From NCBI RefSeq assembly GCF_053078305.1, contig NZ_CP166879.1: a DNA stretch of 64,000 nucleotides, one strand, 5' to 3'. Positions 37,122 to 48,224 of this stretch are shown piece after piece. Both the position numbers and the translations under genes were made by a program. The notes below the pieces were generated by a model. It was given only the letters and a program-made list of their open reading frames with translations, did not search any database and had not been told where the DNA came from. Positions within the stretch are counted from its first letter, which is position 1. Every line of letters starts with the position of its first letter.

Positions 37122-38576
37122 ATGTCTTTATCTCGCGCAGCGATTGTCGACCAGCTAAAGGAAATTGTTGGTGCAGATCGCGTAATTACCGATGAAACAG
37201 TATTAAAGAAGAACAGTATTGACCGTTTTCGTAAATTTCCGGATATTCATGGTATTTATACTTTGCCGATTCCGGCTGCGGTCGTAAAACTCGGTTCCAC
37301 AGAACAAGTCTCCCGTGTGCTGAATTTTATGAATGCGCACAAAATTAACGGTGTGCCGCGTACCGGTGCTTCCGCCACCGAAGGTGGGCTGGAAACTGTT
37401 GTAGAAAACTCGGTGGTGCTCGACGGTTCCGCCATGAATCAAATCATTAATATTGATATTGAGAATATGCAGGCGACGGCGCAATGTGGCGTTCCGCTGG
37501 AGGTGCTGGAAAACGCGTTGCGTGAAAAAGGTTACACCACGGGGCATTCTCCGCAGTCAAAGCCGCTGGCGCAGATGGGCGGCCTGGTAGCAACCCGCAG
37601 TATCGGGCAGTTCTCCACACTCTACGGCGCAATCGAAGATATGGTCGTTGGTCTGGAAGCCGTATTGGCTGATGGCACCGTCACACGTATTAAAAACGTG
37701 CCACGCCGCGCGGCTGGCCCGGACATTCGTCACATCATCATCGGCAACGAAGGTGCATTGTGCTATATCACTGAAGTAACAGTGAAAATCTTTAAATTCA
37801 CCCCGGAAAACAATCTCTTCTACGGCTATATCCTGGAAGACATGAAAACCGGCTTCAACATCCTGCGTGAAATCATGGTGGAAGGGTATCGTCCGTCGAT
37901 CGCTCGTTTGTATGACGCTGAAGATGGCACCCAACACTTCACGCATTTTGCCGACGGAAAATGCGTGCTGATCTTTATGGCTGAAGGTAACCCTCGCATT
38001 GCGAAGGCGACGGGCGAAGGGATTGCGGAAATCGTTGCCCGCTACCCGCAATGCCAACGCGTGGACAGCAAGCTGATCGAAACCTGGTTTAACAACCTGA
38101 ACTGGGGACCGGATAAAGTGGCTGCCGAACGTGTGCAGATCCTCAAAACCGGCAACATGGGCTTTACTACCGAAGTGTCCGGCTGCTGGAGCTGCATCCA
38201 CAAAATCTACGAAAGCGTTATTAACCGTATTCGTACCGAGTTCCCGCACGCCGACGACATCACTATGCTGGGCGGTCACTCCTCTCATAGCTATCAGAAC
38301 GGCACCAACATGTACTTCGTCTACGACTACAACGTTGTCAACTGTAAGCCGGAAGAGGAAATCGACAAGTACCACAATCCGCTCAACAAAATCATTTGCG
38401 AAGAAACCATTCGCCTCGGTGGTTCGATGGTGCACCACCACGGTATCGGTAAACATCGCGTTCACTGGAGCAAGCTGGAACACGGCAGCGCGTGGGCGTT
38501 GCTGGAAGGGCTGAAAAAGCAGTTCGATCCTAACGGCATTATGAATACGGGTACTATCTATCCGATTGAAAAATAA
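37122..38576 (+). CDS. ygcU: FAD-linked oxidase (alkyl-DHAP synthase / D-lactate dehydrogenase-like)
   Basis: 484 aa, FAD_binding_4-like N-terminal domain. Confidence 0.8.
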   Translation: MSLSRAAIVDQLKEIVGADRVITDETVLKKNSIDRFRKFPDIHGIYTLPIPAAVVKLGSTEQVSRVLNFMNAHKINGVPRTGASATEGGLETVVENSVVLDGSAMNQIINIDIENMQATAQCGVPLEVLENALREKGYTTGHSPQSKPLAQMGGLVATRSIGQFSTLYGAIEDMVVGLEAVLADGTVTRIKNVPRRAAGPDIRHIIIGNEGALCYITEVTVKIFKFTPENNLFYGYILEDMKTGFNILREIMVEGYRPSIARLYDAEDGTQHFTHFADGKCVLIFMAEGNPRIAKATGEGIAEIVARYPQCQRVDSKLIETWFNNLNWGPDKVAAERVQILKTGNMGFTTEVSGCWSCIHKIYESVINRIRTEFPHADDITMLGGHSSHSYQNGTNMYFVYDYNVVNCKPEEEIDKYHNPLNKIICEETIRLGGSMVHHHGIGKHRVHWSKLEHGSAWALLEGLKKQFDPNGIMNTGTIYPIEK

Positions 38577-38669
38577 TGTGTCAGGCAGCGTTCCGCGATG
38601 ACGGGGCGTTGCCTTTTCGGCTTCTCAGGCGAGAAGCCGTTCTTATTACCGGACAATGAAGGGGTAAAG

Positions 38670-40007
38670 ATGAACACTTCACCGGTGCGAATGGATGATT
38701 TACCGCTTAACCGTTTTCACTGTCGAATTGCTGCGCTCACTTTCGGCGCACACCTGACCGACGGTTATGTTCTCGGCGCCATTGGTTACGCCATTATTCA
38801 ACTTACGCCCGCCATGCAACTGACGCCGTTTATGGCGGGAATGATCGGCTGCTCGGCGCTCCTTGGTTTGTTTCTTGGCAGCCTGGTTCTTGGGTGGATC
38901 TCCGACCATATTTGTCGGCAAAAAATCTTCACCTTCAGCTTTTTGCTGATTACGCTCGCTTCGTTCCTGCAATTTTTTGCCACCACGCCAGAGCATCTTA
39001 TTGGACTGCGCATTTTGATCGGCATTGGTCTGGGAGGCGATTACTCAGTCGGTCACACCTTGCTGGCTGAATTTTCCCCGCGCCGCCATCGCGGTATTTT
39101 ACTGGGCGCATTCAGCGTGGTGTGGACCGTAGGCTATGTGCTGGCAAGTATTGCCGGACATCACTTTATTTCCGAAAACCCGGAGGCCTGGCGCTGGCTA
39201 CTGGCATCGGCAGCTCTGCCCGCGTTGTTGATTACGTTATTACGCTGGGGAACGCCAGAATCGCCACGCTGGCTACTGCGCCAGGGGCGTTTTGCAGAAG
39301 CTCACGCTATCGTGCATCGCTATTTTGGTCCCCATGTTTTACTGGGCGATGAAGTGGTAACGGCGACCCATAAACACATCAAAACCTTGTTCTCTTCGCG
39401 TTACTGGCGGCGCACGGCGTTTAACAGCGTCTTCTTTGTCTGCCTCGTAATCCCATGGTTTGTGATTTATACCTGGCTGCCAACTATCGCCCAGACTATT
39501 GGTCTGGAAGATGCGCTGACTGCCAGCCTGATGCTTAATGCGTTGTTAATTGTGGGCGCGCTGCTGGGATTAGTTCTGACGCACCTGCTGGCACATCGCA
39601 AATTTTTGCTGGGAAGTTTTTTGCTGCTGGCGGCAACGCTGGTAGTAATGGCCTGTTTGCCTTCCGGCAGTTCATTAACGCTGCTGCTTTTTGTTCTCTT
39701 CAGCACCACCATTTCGGCAGTCAGTAATCTGGTGGGCATTTTGCCTGCGGAAAGTTTTCCTACTGACATTCGCTCGCTGGGCGTCGGTTTTGCCACCGCC
39801 ATGAGTCGGTTGGGGGCGGCGGTAAGTACTGGCCTGCTGCCGTGGGTGCTGGCGCAGTGGGGAATGCAAGTCACCTTATTGCTCCTGGCGGCAGTGTTGT
39901 TGGTTGGTTTTGTTGTGACCTGGCTATGGGCACCAGAAACCAAAGCACTCCCGCTGGTGGCGGCGGGAAATGTAGGAGGTGCGAATGAACATTCTGTTAG
40001 CGTTTAA
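38670..40007 (+). CDS. ygcS: MFS transporter (sugar/aromatic acid porter-like)
   Basis: ATG at 38670 with GAAGGGG RBS, about 445 aa, 12 TM. Confidence 0.78.
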   Translation: MNTSPVRMDDLPLNRFHCRIAALTFGAHLTDGYVLGAIGYAIIQLTPAMQLTPFMAGMIGCSALLGLFLGSLVLGWISDHICRQKIFTFSFLLITLASFLQFFATTPEHLIGLRILIGIGLGGDYSVGHTLLAEFSPRRHRGILLGAFSVVWTVGYVLASIAGHHFISENPEAWRWLLASAALPALLITLLRWGTPESPRWLLRQGRFAEAHAIVHRYFGPHVLLGDEVVTATHKHIKTLFSSRYWRRTAFNSVFFVCLVIPWFVIYTWLPTIAQTIGLEDALTASLMLNALLIVGALLGLVLTHLLAHRKFLLGSFLLLAATLVVMACLPSGSSLTLLLFVLFSTTISAVSNLVGILPAESFPTDIRSLGVGFATAMSRLGAAVSTGLLPWVLAQWGMQVTLLLLAAVLLVGFVVTWLWAPETKALPLVAAGNVGGANEHSVSV

Positions 40008-40762
40008 AGCCGAACCGGATGCCGGAATGCTGGCGGAAAAAGAGTGGCAGGCGGCGGCTCAGGGTAATAGCGGACCGGATGTTTCGCTACTGCGAAGTTT
40101 ACTCGGTGCTGATGAACAGGCTGCCGCCGCGCTGCTGTTGGCGCAGAGAAAAAACGGTACGCCGATGTCTTTAACCGCGTTGAGCATGGGGGATGAACTG
40201 GCGTTACACTGGCTGCGCTATCTCATGGCTCTTGGGTTTGAGGAAGCTGTATTGCTGGAGACGGCGGCAGATCTGCGCTTTGCGCCGGAATTTGTCGCTC
40301 GCCATATTGCCGAATGGCAGCGTCAGAATCCGCTGGATCTGATAATTACCGGCTGCCAAAGCAGCGAAGGGCAGAATGGGCAAACGCCATTTTTGCTGGG
40401 TGAAGCTGGGCTGGCCCTGCTTCACCCAGGTGGAGCGTTTCACTCTCGACGCGCTGTTTATCACCCTCGAACAGCGTACTGAACATGGGCTGCGCTGTTG
40501 TCGGATTCGCTTGCCTGCGGTGATTGCCGTGCGTCAGTGCGGTGAAGTGGCCTTGCCAGTACCGGGAATGCGCCAGCGAATGGCTGCGGGGAAAGCGGAA
40601 ATTATCCGTAAAACTGTTGCTGCCGAATTGCCAGCGATGCAGTGTCTGCAACTGGCAAGAGCAGAGCAACGACGCGGAGCGACGCTGATTGATGGGCAAA
40701 CGGTAGCAGAAAAAGCGCAAAAGCTATGGCAGGACTATTTACGCCAAAGGATGCAGCCATGA
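39985..40762 (+). pseudogene. ygcR: Electron-transfer flavoprotein beta-like (FixA-like), apparently frameshifted
   Basis: Two overlapping ORFs (to 40482, and 40376-40762) in different frames; locus is 778 bp, not a multiple of 3; frame changes near 40390-40400. Confidence 0.6.
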
Positions 40763-41619
40763 ATATCGCAATTGTGACAATAAATCAGGAGAATGCCGCA
40801 TTAGCGGGCTGGCTGGCGGCGCAGGATTTCAGCGGTTGTACCCTGGCGCACTGGCAAATAGAACCACAGCCCGTAGTGGTGGAACAGGTGCTGGATGCGC
40901 TGGTGGAACAGTGGCAGCGAACGCCTGCGGACGTTGTTCTCTTTCCGCCGGGAACGTTTGGCGATGAACTGTCGACCCGGCTGGCCTGGCGTTTACATGG
41001 TGCAAGCATCTGCCAGGTGACTTCGTTAGAGATTCCAACCGTAAGCGTGCGCAAATCCCACTGGGGAAATGCGCTAACGGCGACGCTGCAAACAGAAAAA
41101 CGCCCGCTATGTCTTTCCCTGGCGCGCCAGGCGGGAGCAGATAAAAATGCCACGTTGCCCTCTGGTATGCAGCAACTGAACATAGTCCCAGGTGCGCTTC
41201 CGGACTGGCTGGTTAGCATAGAGAACCTGAAAAATGTTACCCGCGACCCATTAGCTGAGGCCAGACGGGTGTTGGTGGTGGGGCAGGGCGGAGAGGCAGA
41301 TAACCAGGAAATCGCTATGCTGGCAGAAAAGCTGGGAGCCGAAGTGGGCTACAGTCGGGCGCGAGTGATGAACGGTGGCGTTGATGCTGAAAAAGTGATT
41401 GGTATTTCCGGACATCTGCTGGCACCTGAGGTGTGTATTGTTGTTGGTGCTTCTGGCGCAGCAGCGTTAATGGCGGGCGTACGCAATAGCAAGTTTGTGG
41501 TGGCGATTAATCATGACGCCAGCGCAGCGGTATTTTCACAGGCAGATGTTGGCGTGGTTGATGACTGGAAAGTGGTGCTGGAGGCACTGGTGACAAACAT
41601 TGACGCAGATTGCCAATAA
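40759..41619 (+). CDS. ygcQ: Electron-transfer flavoprotein alpha-like (FixB-like)
   Basis: ATG at 40759 gives 286 aa; ATGA overlap with end of ygcR reading frame. Confidence 0.8.
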   Translation: MNIAIVTINQENAALAGWLAAQDFSGCTLAHWQIEPQPVVVEQVLDALVEQWQRTPADVVLFPPGTFGDELSTRLAWRLHGASICQVTSLEIPTVSVRKSHWGNALTATLQTEKRPLCLSLARQAGADKNATLPSGMQQLNIVPGALPDWLVSIENLKNVTRDPLAEARRVLVVGQGGEADNQEIAMLAEKLGAEVGYSRARVMNGGVDAEKVIGISGHLLAPEVCIVVGASGAAALMAGVRNSKFVVAINHDASAAVFSQADVGVVDDWKVVLEALVTNIDADCQ

Positions 41620-41624
41620 CGTGT

Positions 41625-41730
41625 TGCCGGATGATCCTGCCTACGGTTCTGGACTGGGGACCTGTAGGCCTGATAAGACGCGTTAAGCGTCGCATCAGGC
41701 GCTGAATGTCGGATGTGGCGTGCGGCCTAC
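41625..41730. repeat. REP/BIME extragenic palindromes
   Basis: GCCTGATAAGACGCG...CGCATCAGGC-type REP units between convergent ygcQ and ygcP. Confidence 0.7.
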
Positions 41731-41766
41731 AAATCAAACCAAATTCAATTGGTTACGATTATCCCG

Positions 41767-42342
41767 TCAAAGCAATTTTTTCGCTAACGTCCAGACTCCG
41801 GTATTCGTGGTGGAAAGCGCCACGACACCCGCGTTAATCGCATTACGCGCATCTTCTTCATCGCATACCAGCCCGCCAGCAATCAGCGGTTGGCGGATTT
41901 TTTCCGTCACCCAGCCCAGCACTTTGGGCATGCAGCCTGGCAGGATCTCAATACAATCCGGATTCGATTGCGCAACTTGCTTATCAATGTTGTGAAACGA
42001 AATCGAATCAACAATAAACAGGCGATGAATACAGAAAAAACCTTCCGCTCTTGCCGCTTTCAACATTGAGGCTTTGGTACTGATAATGCCGTCCGCCTCG
42101 GTCACCAGTTTCAAAAACTGAATCACGACTTCTTTATTTGACGCGCCTTCCAGCAAATCAACATGAATAAAAGCATATTTCCCGGCGTTCTTAATCTTTT
42201 TAACGATATTACTGATGGTGCAGATATTGCCGTACAACACGGAAATAAATTGGCATTCAGAATCGATTGCCAGTTGCAGGCTGGCATTATCTTTAACGGC
42301 AGCAATCACCGGATTCTGGCGGAGCAGGTGTAAGAGGGGCAT
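41767..42342 (-). CDS. ygcP: GlpP-like glycerol-3-phosphate responsive antiterminator family protein
   Basis: 191 aa; family assignment from memory of YgcP. Confidence 0.65.
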   Translation of the reverse strand: MPLLHLLRQNPVIAAVKDNASLQLAIDSECQFISVLYGNICTISNIVKKIKNAGKYAFIHVDLLEGASNKEVVIQFLKLVTEADGIISTKASMLKAARAEGFFCIHRLFIVDSISFHNIDKQVAQSNPDCIEILPGCMPKVLGWVTEKIRQPLIAGGLVCDEEDARNAINAGVVALSTTNTGVWTLAKKLL

Positions 42343-42358
42343 AAATTATCCTTATTAT

Positions 42359-42619
42359 TTATCCAAAGCGGTAGGTGATGCCGAATCCGGAAGGTGGATA
42401 GCGCCACTGTTGTAGTGTTGATTCGTCGCACAGCAAACGGCAGGTGCCACACTCAAGGCAACCGCGATAATCAACACGCAAGTCGCCTTCCGGCGTGAGC
42501 GCAAAAAGACCTGCCGGGCAGGCGTTAATTAATCGTTCTGCCGTCTGGCGCTCAACGGAGTCAGCCGGAACAATATGCGGCGCATCAGCAGCGCGCCAGA
42601 GATTACGGGCTACAGACAT
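42359..42619 (-). CDS. ygcO: Ferredoxin-like protein (FixX-like)
   Basis: ATG at 42619 gives 86 aa with Cys cluster (CLECGTCRLLCD); overlaps ygcN stop by 10 nt. Confidence 0.75.
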   Translation of the reverse strand: MSVARNLWRAADAPHIVPADSVERQTAERLINACPAGLFALTPEGDLRVDYRGCLECGTCRLLCDESTLQQWRYPPSGFGITYRFG

Positions 42620-43881
42620 CGAACACTCCTGATAACATCGCCCGCCAGATTCCACAAGCCATGACGACGTAAATGACGCCAGAGTAACTGGCGCAGCGGT
42701 GGAACAGGTTTATCACCCTGATCCCATAAATCGCGGGAAATATCCTGCATTAACGCAGGCCACGTACGGTACCATCCCGGGCGTTGCAAAAGCGCCGGAA
42801 CATGCTGATAACGCTGTAGAACTTCCCACAGCAGGCTGCGCTCTACGTTGTGATGATAAAGCGGAAACAGATTTTGCGGCTCGCGGTGCTGGCAGGCGCT
42901 TATCAGTGTTTGTGCCGCCGCCTGCGCGCCAGTTAGCGCCGTATCCATGCCGCGCACAGAAATTCCGGTATTGACGCAACTGCGCAACGCATCGCCCACC
43001 AGCAGCCAGCCGTTACCGGCGTATTGTACCGGCATACTGTGCAAGCCACCTTCTGGCACCAGATGCGCACCATACTCCAGTGATTCCGTGTTTTTGATAA
43101 GCGGGCGCACTGCCGGATGCGTTTTAAAGCGAGCAAGCAGCTCGCTTGCCGGAACACGACTTTGCGTAAGGGAAGAGAGTGGGCAAACAATCCCTAACGA
43201 GAGCGTTTGTTGATTAGTATAAAGAAATGCGCCGCCGGGTAAGTCATCACAGATTCCGCCGCTGAACAGCAACGCTGCGCCTTCGTTATTCTCCAGATGA
43301 AAACGTTCTTCAATAGCGGATGTTTCCAGCGACAGCACTTCTTTGATCCCCAACGCCATCGCTTCGCCAGCAGGACGAGTCACTAACCCGTGACGTTCAG
43401 CCAGGACGCTGTTGGCACCTTCTGCCAGCACCACATAACGGGCGCGGAGAATATCGTCACCACAAATGACACCACACACCCTGCCGTTTTCTTCATACAG
43501 TGCATCCACCGTCGCACCAGGGATGCATTCGACACCTTCTTTTTCGGCTTCGGCAACCAGCCACGGATCGAACCGTGCACGTAATACACTCCAGGATTCA
43601 CCGCCGGGCTGTAAGCTGGAAAACGTCGTTGCGCAATCCGGCGTTAACAGGGAAAGGCTTTCGTGAGTGATGCGTCGTTCAAGAGGCGCGGTCAGATGAA
43701 ATTGAGGGAGGAGTTCCGCGAGTGCATGGGTATATAACCGCCCGCCGGAAAGATTTTTGCTGCCGGGGATTTCAGCGCGTTCCAGTAACAAAACGGATAA
43801 ACCCGCTCGCGCGCAGCGTAACGCGCAAGCGGTGCCTGCAATACCGGCACCAATAATAATAATGTCGCAGTCGTCTTCCAT
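42610..43881 (-). CDS. ygcN: FAD-dependent oxidoreductase (FixC-like, ETF-quinone oxidoreductase type)
   Basis: ATG at 43881 gives 423 aa with GAGIAG dinucleotide-binding motif. Confidence 0.8.
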   Translation of the reverse strand: MEDDCDIIIIGAGIAGTACALRCARAGLSVLLLERAEIPGSKNLSGGRLYTHALAELLPQFHLTAPLERRITHESLSLLTPDCATTFSSLQPGGESWSVLRARFDPWLVAEAEKEGVECIPGATVDALYEENGRVCGVICGDDILRARYVVLAEGANSVLAERHGLVTRPAGEAMALGIKEVLSLETSAIEERFHLENNEGAALLFSGGICDDLPGGAFLYTNQQTLSLGIVCPLSSLTQSRVPASELLARFKTHPAVRPLIKNTESLEYGAHLVPEGGLHSMPVQYAGNGWLLVGDALRSCVNTGISVRGMDTALTGAQAAAQTLISACQHREPQNLFPLYHHNVERSLLWEVLQRYQHVPALLQRPGWYRTWPALMQDISRDLWDQGDKPVPPLRQLLWRHLRRHGLWNLAGDVIRSVRCL

Positions 43882-43958
43882 GTCATGCCCCAGATATCCT
43901 GAACACAACACCCTAACATAGCGTTACTTAAGGGAAATTGACCGCCGCCACACTCTTA

Positions 43959-44324
43959 TCATTCGCCGCGATAGATACAACCAGCGGTGCAGGTTTCTTT
44001 TACCATCACCGCACTTAACAGCGGCACAACGGGTTTAACCTGATCCCAAATCCATTTTGCTAAAACTTCGCTAGTTGGGTTTTCCAGACCTGGAATATCA
44101 TTGAGATAATGGTGATCGAGGCGCTCATAAGTTGGCTTAAACGCCGCTTTTAGTTCAGCGAAATCGATAATCCAGCCCGTATGCGGATCGACTTCCCCGG
44201 TAATTTCCAGTCGCACCATAAAGGAATGCCCGTGCAGGCGACCACATTTATGCCCTTTCGGGACGTGTGGTAAGCGGTGAGCGGCTTCGAAGGTGAAATC
44301 TTTAAATAACGTGGTGGACATCAT
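43959..44324 (-). CDS. queD: 6-carboxy-5,6,7,8-tetrahydropterin synthase
   Basis: ATG at 44324 gives 121 aa with PTPS Cys-x-His motifs; ORF track shows longer 149 aa frame. Confidence 0.85.
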   Translation of the reverse strand: MMSTTLFKDFTFEAAHRLPHVPKGHKCGRLHGHSFMVRLEITGEVDPHTGWIIDFAELKAAFKPTYERLDHHYLNDIPGLENPTSEVLAKWIWDQVKPVVPLLSAVMVKETCTAGCIYRGE

Positions 44325-44639
44325 AATTTCTCTACAGGACGATAAAACCGCCGTAGAGTACCGGAAAGGCTGTTTTTTCGCATTATCTAAAACGACTTTG
44401 TTGCGCAAAATCGCTGATTTATCTTAATGATTGGCTAAATTCATTTGTTTTTCATTAGGTTGGTTAATCTATTTTGTTGTTAAAGACTATTGCTAAAACA
44501 GGTTAGTCGATTTGGTTATTAGTTATCGCTATCCCGTCTTTAATCCACACCGTTCACCCCGTTAACCTTACCTTCTCTTCTGTTTTATGGGCGCTGACAG
44601 GGCGCAGAAACAGCTTTGCTTACTGGAACATAACGACGC

Positions 44640-46439
44640 ATGACGACACAGGTCCCACCTTCCGCGTTGCTTCCGTTGAACCCGGAGCAACTGGCACGCC
44701 TTCAGGCGGCCACGACCGATTTAACTCCCACCCAGCTTGCCTGGGTTTCTGGCTATTTCTGGGGCGTGCTCAATCAGCAGCCTGCTGCGCTTGCAGCAAC
44801 GCCAGCGCCAGCCGCAGAAATGCCGGGTATAACTATTATCTCCGCCTCGCAAACCGGCAATGCGCGCCGGGTTGCTGAAGCATTACGCGATGATTTATTG
44901 ACGGCAAAACTGAACGTTAAGCTGGTGAACGCGGGCGACTATAAATTCAAACAAATCGCCAGCGAAAAACTGCTTATCGTGGTGACGTCAACGCAAGGAG
45001 AAGGGGAACCGCCGGAAGAAGCCGTCGCGCTGCATAAGTTCCTGTTCTCCAAAAAAGCGCCGAAGCTGGAAAACACCGCATTTGCCGTGTTTAGCCTCGG
45101 CGATAGCTCTTATGAATTTTTCTGCCAGTCCGGGAAAGATTTTGACAGCAAGCTGGCGGAACTGGGCGGTGAACGCCTGCTCGACCGTGTCGATGCCGAC
45201 GTTGAATACCAGACCGCTGCCAGCGAGTGGCGCGCTCGCGTGGTTGATGCGCTTAAATCGCGTGCGCCTGTCGCGGCACCTTCGCAATCCGTCGCTACTG
45301 GCGCGGTAAATGAAATCCACACCAGCCCGTACAGCAAAGACTCGCCGCTGGTGGCGAGCCTCTCTGTTAACCAGAAAATTACCGGGCGTAACTCTGAAAA
45401 AGACGTTCGCCATATCGAAATTGACTTAGGTGACTCGGGCCTGCGTTACCAGCCGGGTGACGCGCTGGGTGTCTGGTATCAGAACGATCCGGCACTGGTG
45501 AAAGAACTTGTCGAACTGCTGTGGCTGAAAGGCGATGAACCTGTCACCGTCGAGGGCAAAACGTTGCCTCTGAACGAAGCGCTACAGTGGCACTTCGAAC
45601 TGACCGTCAACACCGCCAACATTGTTGAGAATTACGCCACGCTTACCCGCAGTGAAACACTGCTGCCGCTGGTGGGCGATAAAGCGAAGTTACAGCATTA
45701 CGCCGCGACGACGCCGATTGTTGACATGGTGCGTTTCTCCCCGGCACAGCTTGATGCCGAAGCGCTAATTAATCTGCTGCGCCCGCTGACGCCGCGTCTC
45801 TATTCCATTGCCTCCTCGCAGGCGGAAGTCGAGAACGAAGTACACGTCACCGTTGGTGTGGTGCGTTACGACGTGGAAGGCCGCGCCCGTGCCGGGGGGG
45901 CCTCCAGCTTCCTTGCGGACCGCGTGGAAGAAGAGGGCGAACTCCGCGTATTTATCGAACATAACGATAACTTCCGCCTACCAGCCAATCCAGAAACCCC
46001 GGTGATTATGATTGGCCCAGGCACCGGTATCGCGCCGTTCCGCGCCTTTATGCAGCAACGTGCTGCCGATGAAGCACCGGGTAAAAACTGGCTGTTCTTT
46101 GGCAACCCGCATTTTACGGAAGATTTCCTCTACCAGGTGGAGTGGCAGCGCTACGTCAAAGAGGGTGTGCTGACACGTATCGATCTCGCCTGGTCGCGCG
46201 ATCAAAAAGAAAAAGTTTACGTACAAGACAAACTACGCGAACAGGGCGCGGAGCTGTGGCGCTGGATCAATGACGGTGCCCACATTTATGTCTGCGGCGA
46301 CGCTAATCGCATGGCGAAAGACGTTGAGCAGGCACTTCTGGAAGTGATTGCCGAATTTGGTGGTATGGACACCGAAGCGGCGGATGAATTTTTAAGTGAG
46401 CTGCGCGTAGAGCGCCGTTATCAGCGAGATGTCTACTAA
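44640..46439 (+). CDS. cysJ: Sulfite reductase [NADPH] flavoprotein alpha subunit
   Basis: 599 aa, flavodoxin plus FAD/NADPH domains. Confidence 0.95.
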   Translation: MTTQVPPSALLPLNPEQLARLQAATTDLTPTQLAWVSGYFWGVLNQQPAALAATPAPAAEMPGITIISASQTGNARRVAEALRDDLLTAKLNVKLVNAGDYKFKQIASEKLLIVVTSTQGEGEPPEEAVALHKFLFSKKAPKLENTAFAVFSLGDSSYEFFCQSGKDFDSKLAELGGERLLDRVDADVEYQTAASEWRARVVDALKSRAPVAAPSQSVATGAVNEIHTSPYSKDSPLVASLSVNQKITGRNSEKDVRHIEIDLGDSGLRYQPGDALGVWYQNDPALVKELVELLWLKGDEPVTVEGKTLPLNEALQWHFELTVNTANIVENYATLTRSETLLPLVGDKAKLQHYAATTPIVDMVRFSPAQLDAEALINLLRPLTPRLYSIASSQAEVENEVHVTVGVVRYDVEGRARAGGASSFLADRVEEEGELRVFIEHNDNFRLPANPETPVIMIGPGTGIAPFRAFMQQRAADEAPGKNWLFFGNPHFTEDFLYQVEWQRYVKEGVLTRIDLAWSRDQKEKVYVQDKLREQGAELWRWINDGAHIYVCGDANRMAKDVEQALLEVIAEFGGMDTEAADEFLSELRVERRYQRDVY

Positions 46440-48151
46440 TGAGCGAAAAACATCCAGGGCCTTTAGTGGTCGAAGGAAAACTGACAGACGCCGAGCGCAT
46501 GAAGCTTGAAAGCAACTACCTGCGCGGCACCATTGCGGAAGATTTAAACGACGGTCTGACCGGCGGCTTTAAGGGCGACAACTTCCTGCTGATCCGCTTC
46601 CACGGCATGTATCAGCAGGATGACCGCGACATCCGCGCCGAACGTGCTGAACAGAAGCTGGAGCCGCGCCACGCGATGCTGTTGCGCTGCCGTCTGCCGG
46701 GTGGGGTGATTACCACTAAACAGTGGCAGGCGATAGACAAATTTGCCGGTGAAAACACCATCTATGGCAGCATTCGCCTGACCAACCGCCAGACGTTTCA
46801 GTTCCACGGCATTCTGAAAAAGAACGTCAAACCGGTGCACCAGATGCTGCACTCGGTTGGTCTTGATGCGCTGGCGACCGCTAACGACATGAACCGTAAC
46901 GTACTCTGCACCTCGAACCCTTACGAGTCGCAGCTACACGCGGAAGCGTATGAATGGGCGAAGAAAATCTCTGAACATCTGCTGCCGCGTACCCGCGCGT
47001 ATGCGGAGATCTGGCTCGATCAGGAAAAAGTCGCCACCACTGATGAAGAACCGATCCTCGGCCAGACCTACCTGCCGCGTAAATTCAAAACCACGGTAGT
47101 GATCCCGCCACAGAACGATATCGATCTGCACGCCAACGACATGAACTTCGTGGCGATCGCCGAAAACGGCAAGCTGGTGGGCTTTAACCTGTTGGTGGGC
47201 GGTGGGCTTTCCATCGAACACGGCAACAAGAAAACCTACGCCCGCACCGCGAGTGAGTTTGGCTATCTGCCGCTAGAGCATACGCTAGCGGTGGCGGAAG
47301 CCGTCGTGACAACTCAGCGTGACTGGGGTAACCGAACCGATCGTAAAAATGCCAAAACCAAATACACGCTGGAGCGCGTGGGGGTTGAGACGTTTAAAGC
47401 GGAAGTGGAGCGTCGCGCGGGGATCAAATTTGAACCGATCCGTCCGTATGAGTTCACCGGACGCGGAGATCGTATTGGCTGGGTTAAGGGCATTGATGAT
47501 AACTGGCACCTGACGCTGTTTATCGAAAATGGTCGCATCCTTGATTATCCGGGGCGTCCGCTGAAAACCGGCCTGCTGGAGATCGCGAAGATCCACAAAG
47601 GTGATTTCCGCATTACGGCGAACCAGAATCTGATCATCGCCGGTGTGCCGGAAAGCGAGAAAGCGAAGATCGAGAAGATCGCCAAAGAGAGCGGGTTAAT
47701 GAATGCCGTCACGCCGCAGCGTGAAAACTCAATGGCCTGCGTCTCGTTTCCGACTTGCCCGCTGGCGATGGCGGAAGCGGAGCGTTTCCTACCGTCTTTT
47801 ATCGACAACATCGATAATTTAATGGCGAAACATGGTGTTAGCGATGAGTATATCGTGATGCGTGTAACAGGCTGCCCGAACGGTTGTGGTCGCGCGATGC
47901 TGGCGGAAGTGGGCCTGGTGGGTAAAGCGCCGGGTCGCTACAACCTGCATCTTGGCGGCAACCGTATTGGGACACGTATCCCACGGATGTATAAAGAAAA
48001 CATCACCGAGCCGGAAATCCTGGCGTCGCTTGATGAACTGATAGGGCGCTGGGCGAAAGAGCGCGAAGCGGGTGAAGGCTTCGGCGACTTTACGGTGCGT
48101 GCGGGCATCATTCGCCCGGTGCTCGATCCGGCGCGCGATTTGTGGGATTAA
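46439..48151 (+). CDS. cysI: Sulfite reductase [NADPH] hemoprotein beta subunit
   Basis: 570 aa; start overlaps cysJ stop (TAATG). Confidence 0.95.
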   Translation: MSEKHPGPLVVEGKLTDAERMKLESNYLRGTIAEDLNDGLTGGFKGDNFLLIRFHGMYQQDDRDIRAERAEQKLEPRHAMLLRCRLPGGVITTKQWQAIDKFAGENTIYGSIRLTNRQTFQFHGILKKNVKPVHQMLHSVGLDALATANDMNRNVLCTSNPYESQLHAEAYEWAKKISEHLLPRTRAYAEIWLDQEKVATTDEEPILGQTYLPRKFKTTVVIPPQNDIDLHANDMNFVAIAENGKLVGFNLLVGGGLSIEHGNKKTYARTASEFGYLPLEHTLAVAEAVVTTQRDWGNRTDRKNAKTKYTLERVGVETFKAEVERRAGIKFEPIRPYEFTGRGDRIGWVKGIDDNWHLTLFIENGRILDYPGRPLKTGLLEIAKIHKGDFRITANQNLIIAGVPESEKAKIEKIAKESGLMNAVTPQRENSMACVSFPTCPLAMAEAERFLPSFIDNIDNLMAKHGVSDEYIVMRVTGCPNGCGRAMLAEVGLVGKAPGRYNLHLGGNRIGTRIPRMYKENITEPEILASLDELIGRWAKEREAGEGFGDFTVRAGIIRPVLDPARDLWD

Positions 48152-48163
48152 CCATCAGCCCGG

Positions 48164-48206
48164 TCTTGTAGGCCTGATAAGACGCGTGAGCGTCGCATCA
48201 GGCAAG
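48164..48206. repeat. REP element between cysI and cysH
   Basis: CTTGTAGGCCTGATAAGACGCG...CGCATCAGGC palindrome. Confidence 0.7.
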
Positions 48207-48224
48207 GCAAACAGTGAGGAATCT

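Noticed and set aside
37557-38483. 308-aa minus-strand ORF inside ygcU
   Set aside because: Antisense artefact opposite a gene with clear family features.
48072-48224. N-terminal extension of cysH suggested by the ORF track (295 aa)
   Set aside because: Extension runs through the cysI stop and a REP element; ATG at 48225 with RBS gives the expected 244-aa CysH.
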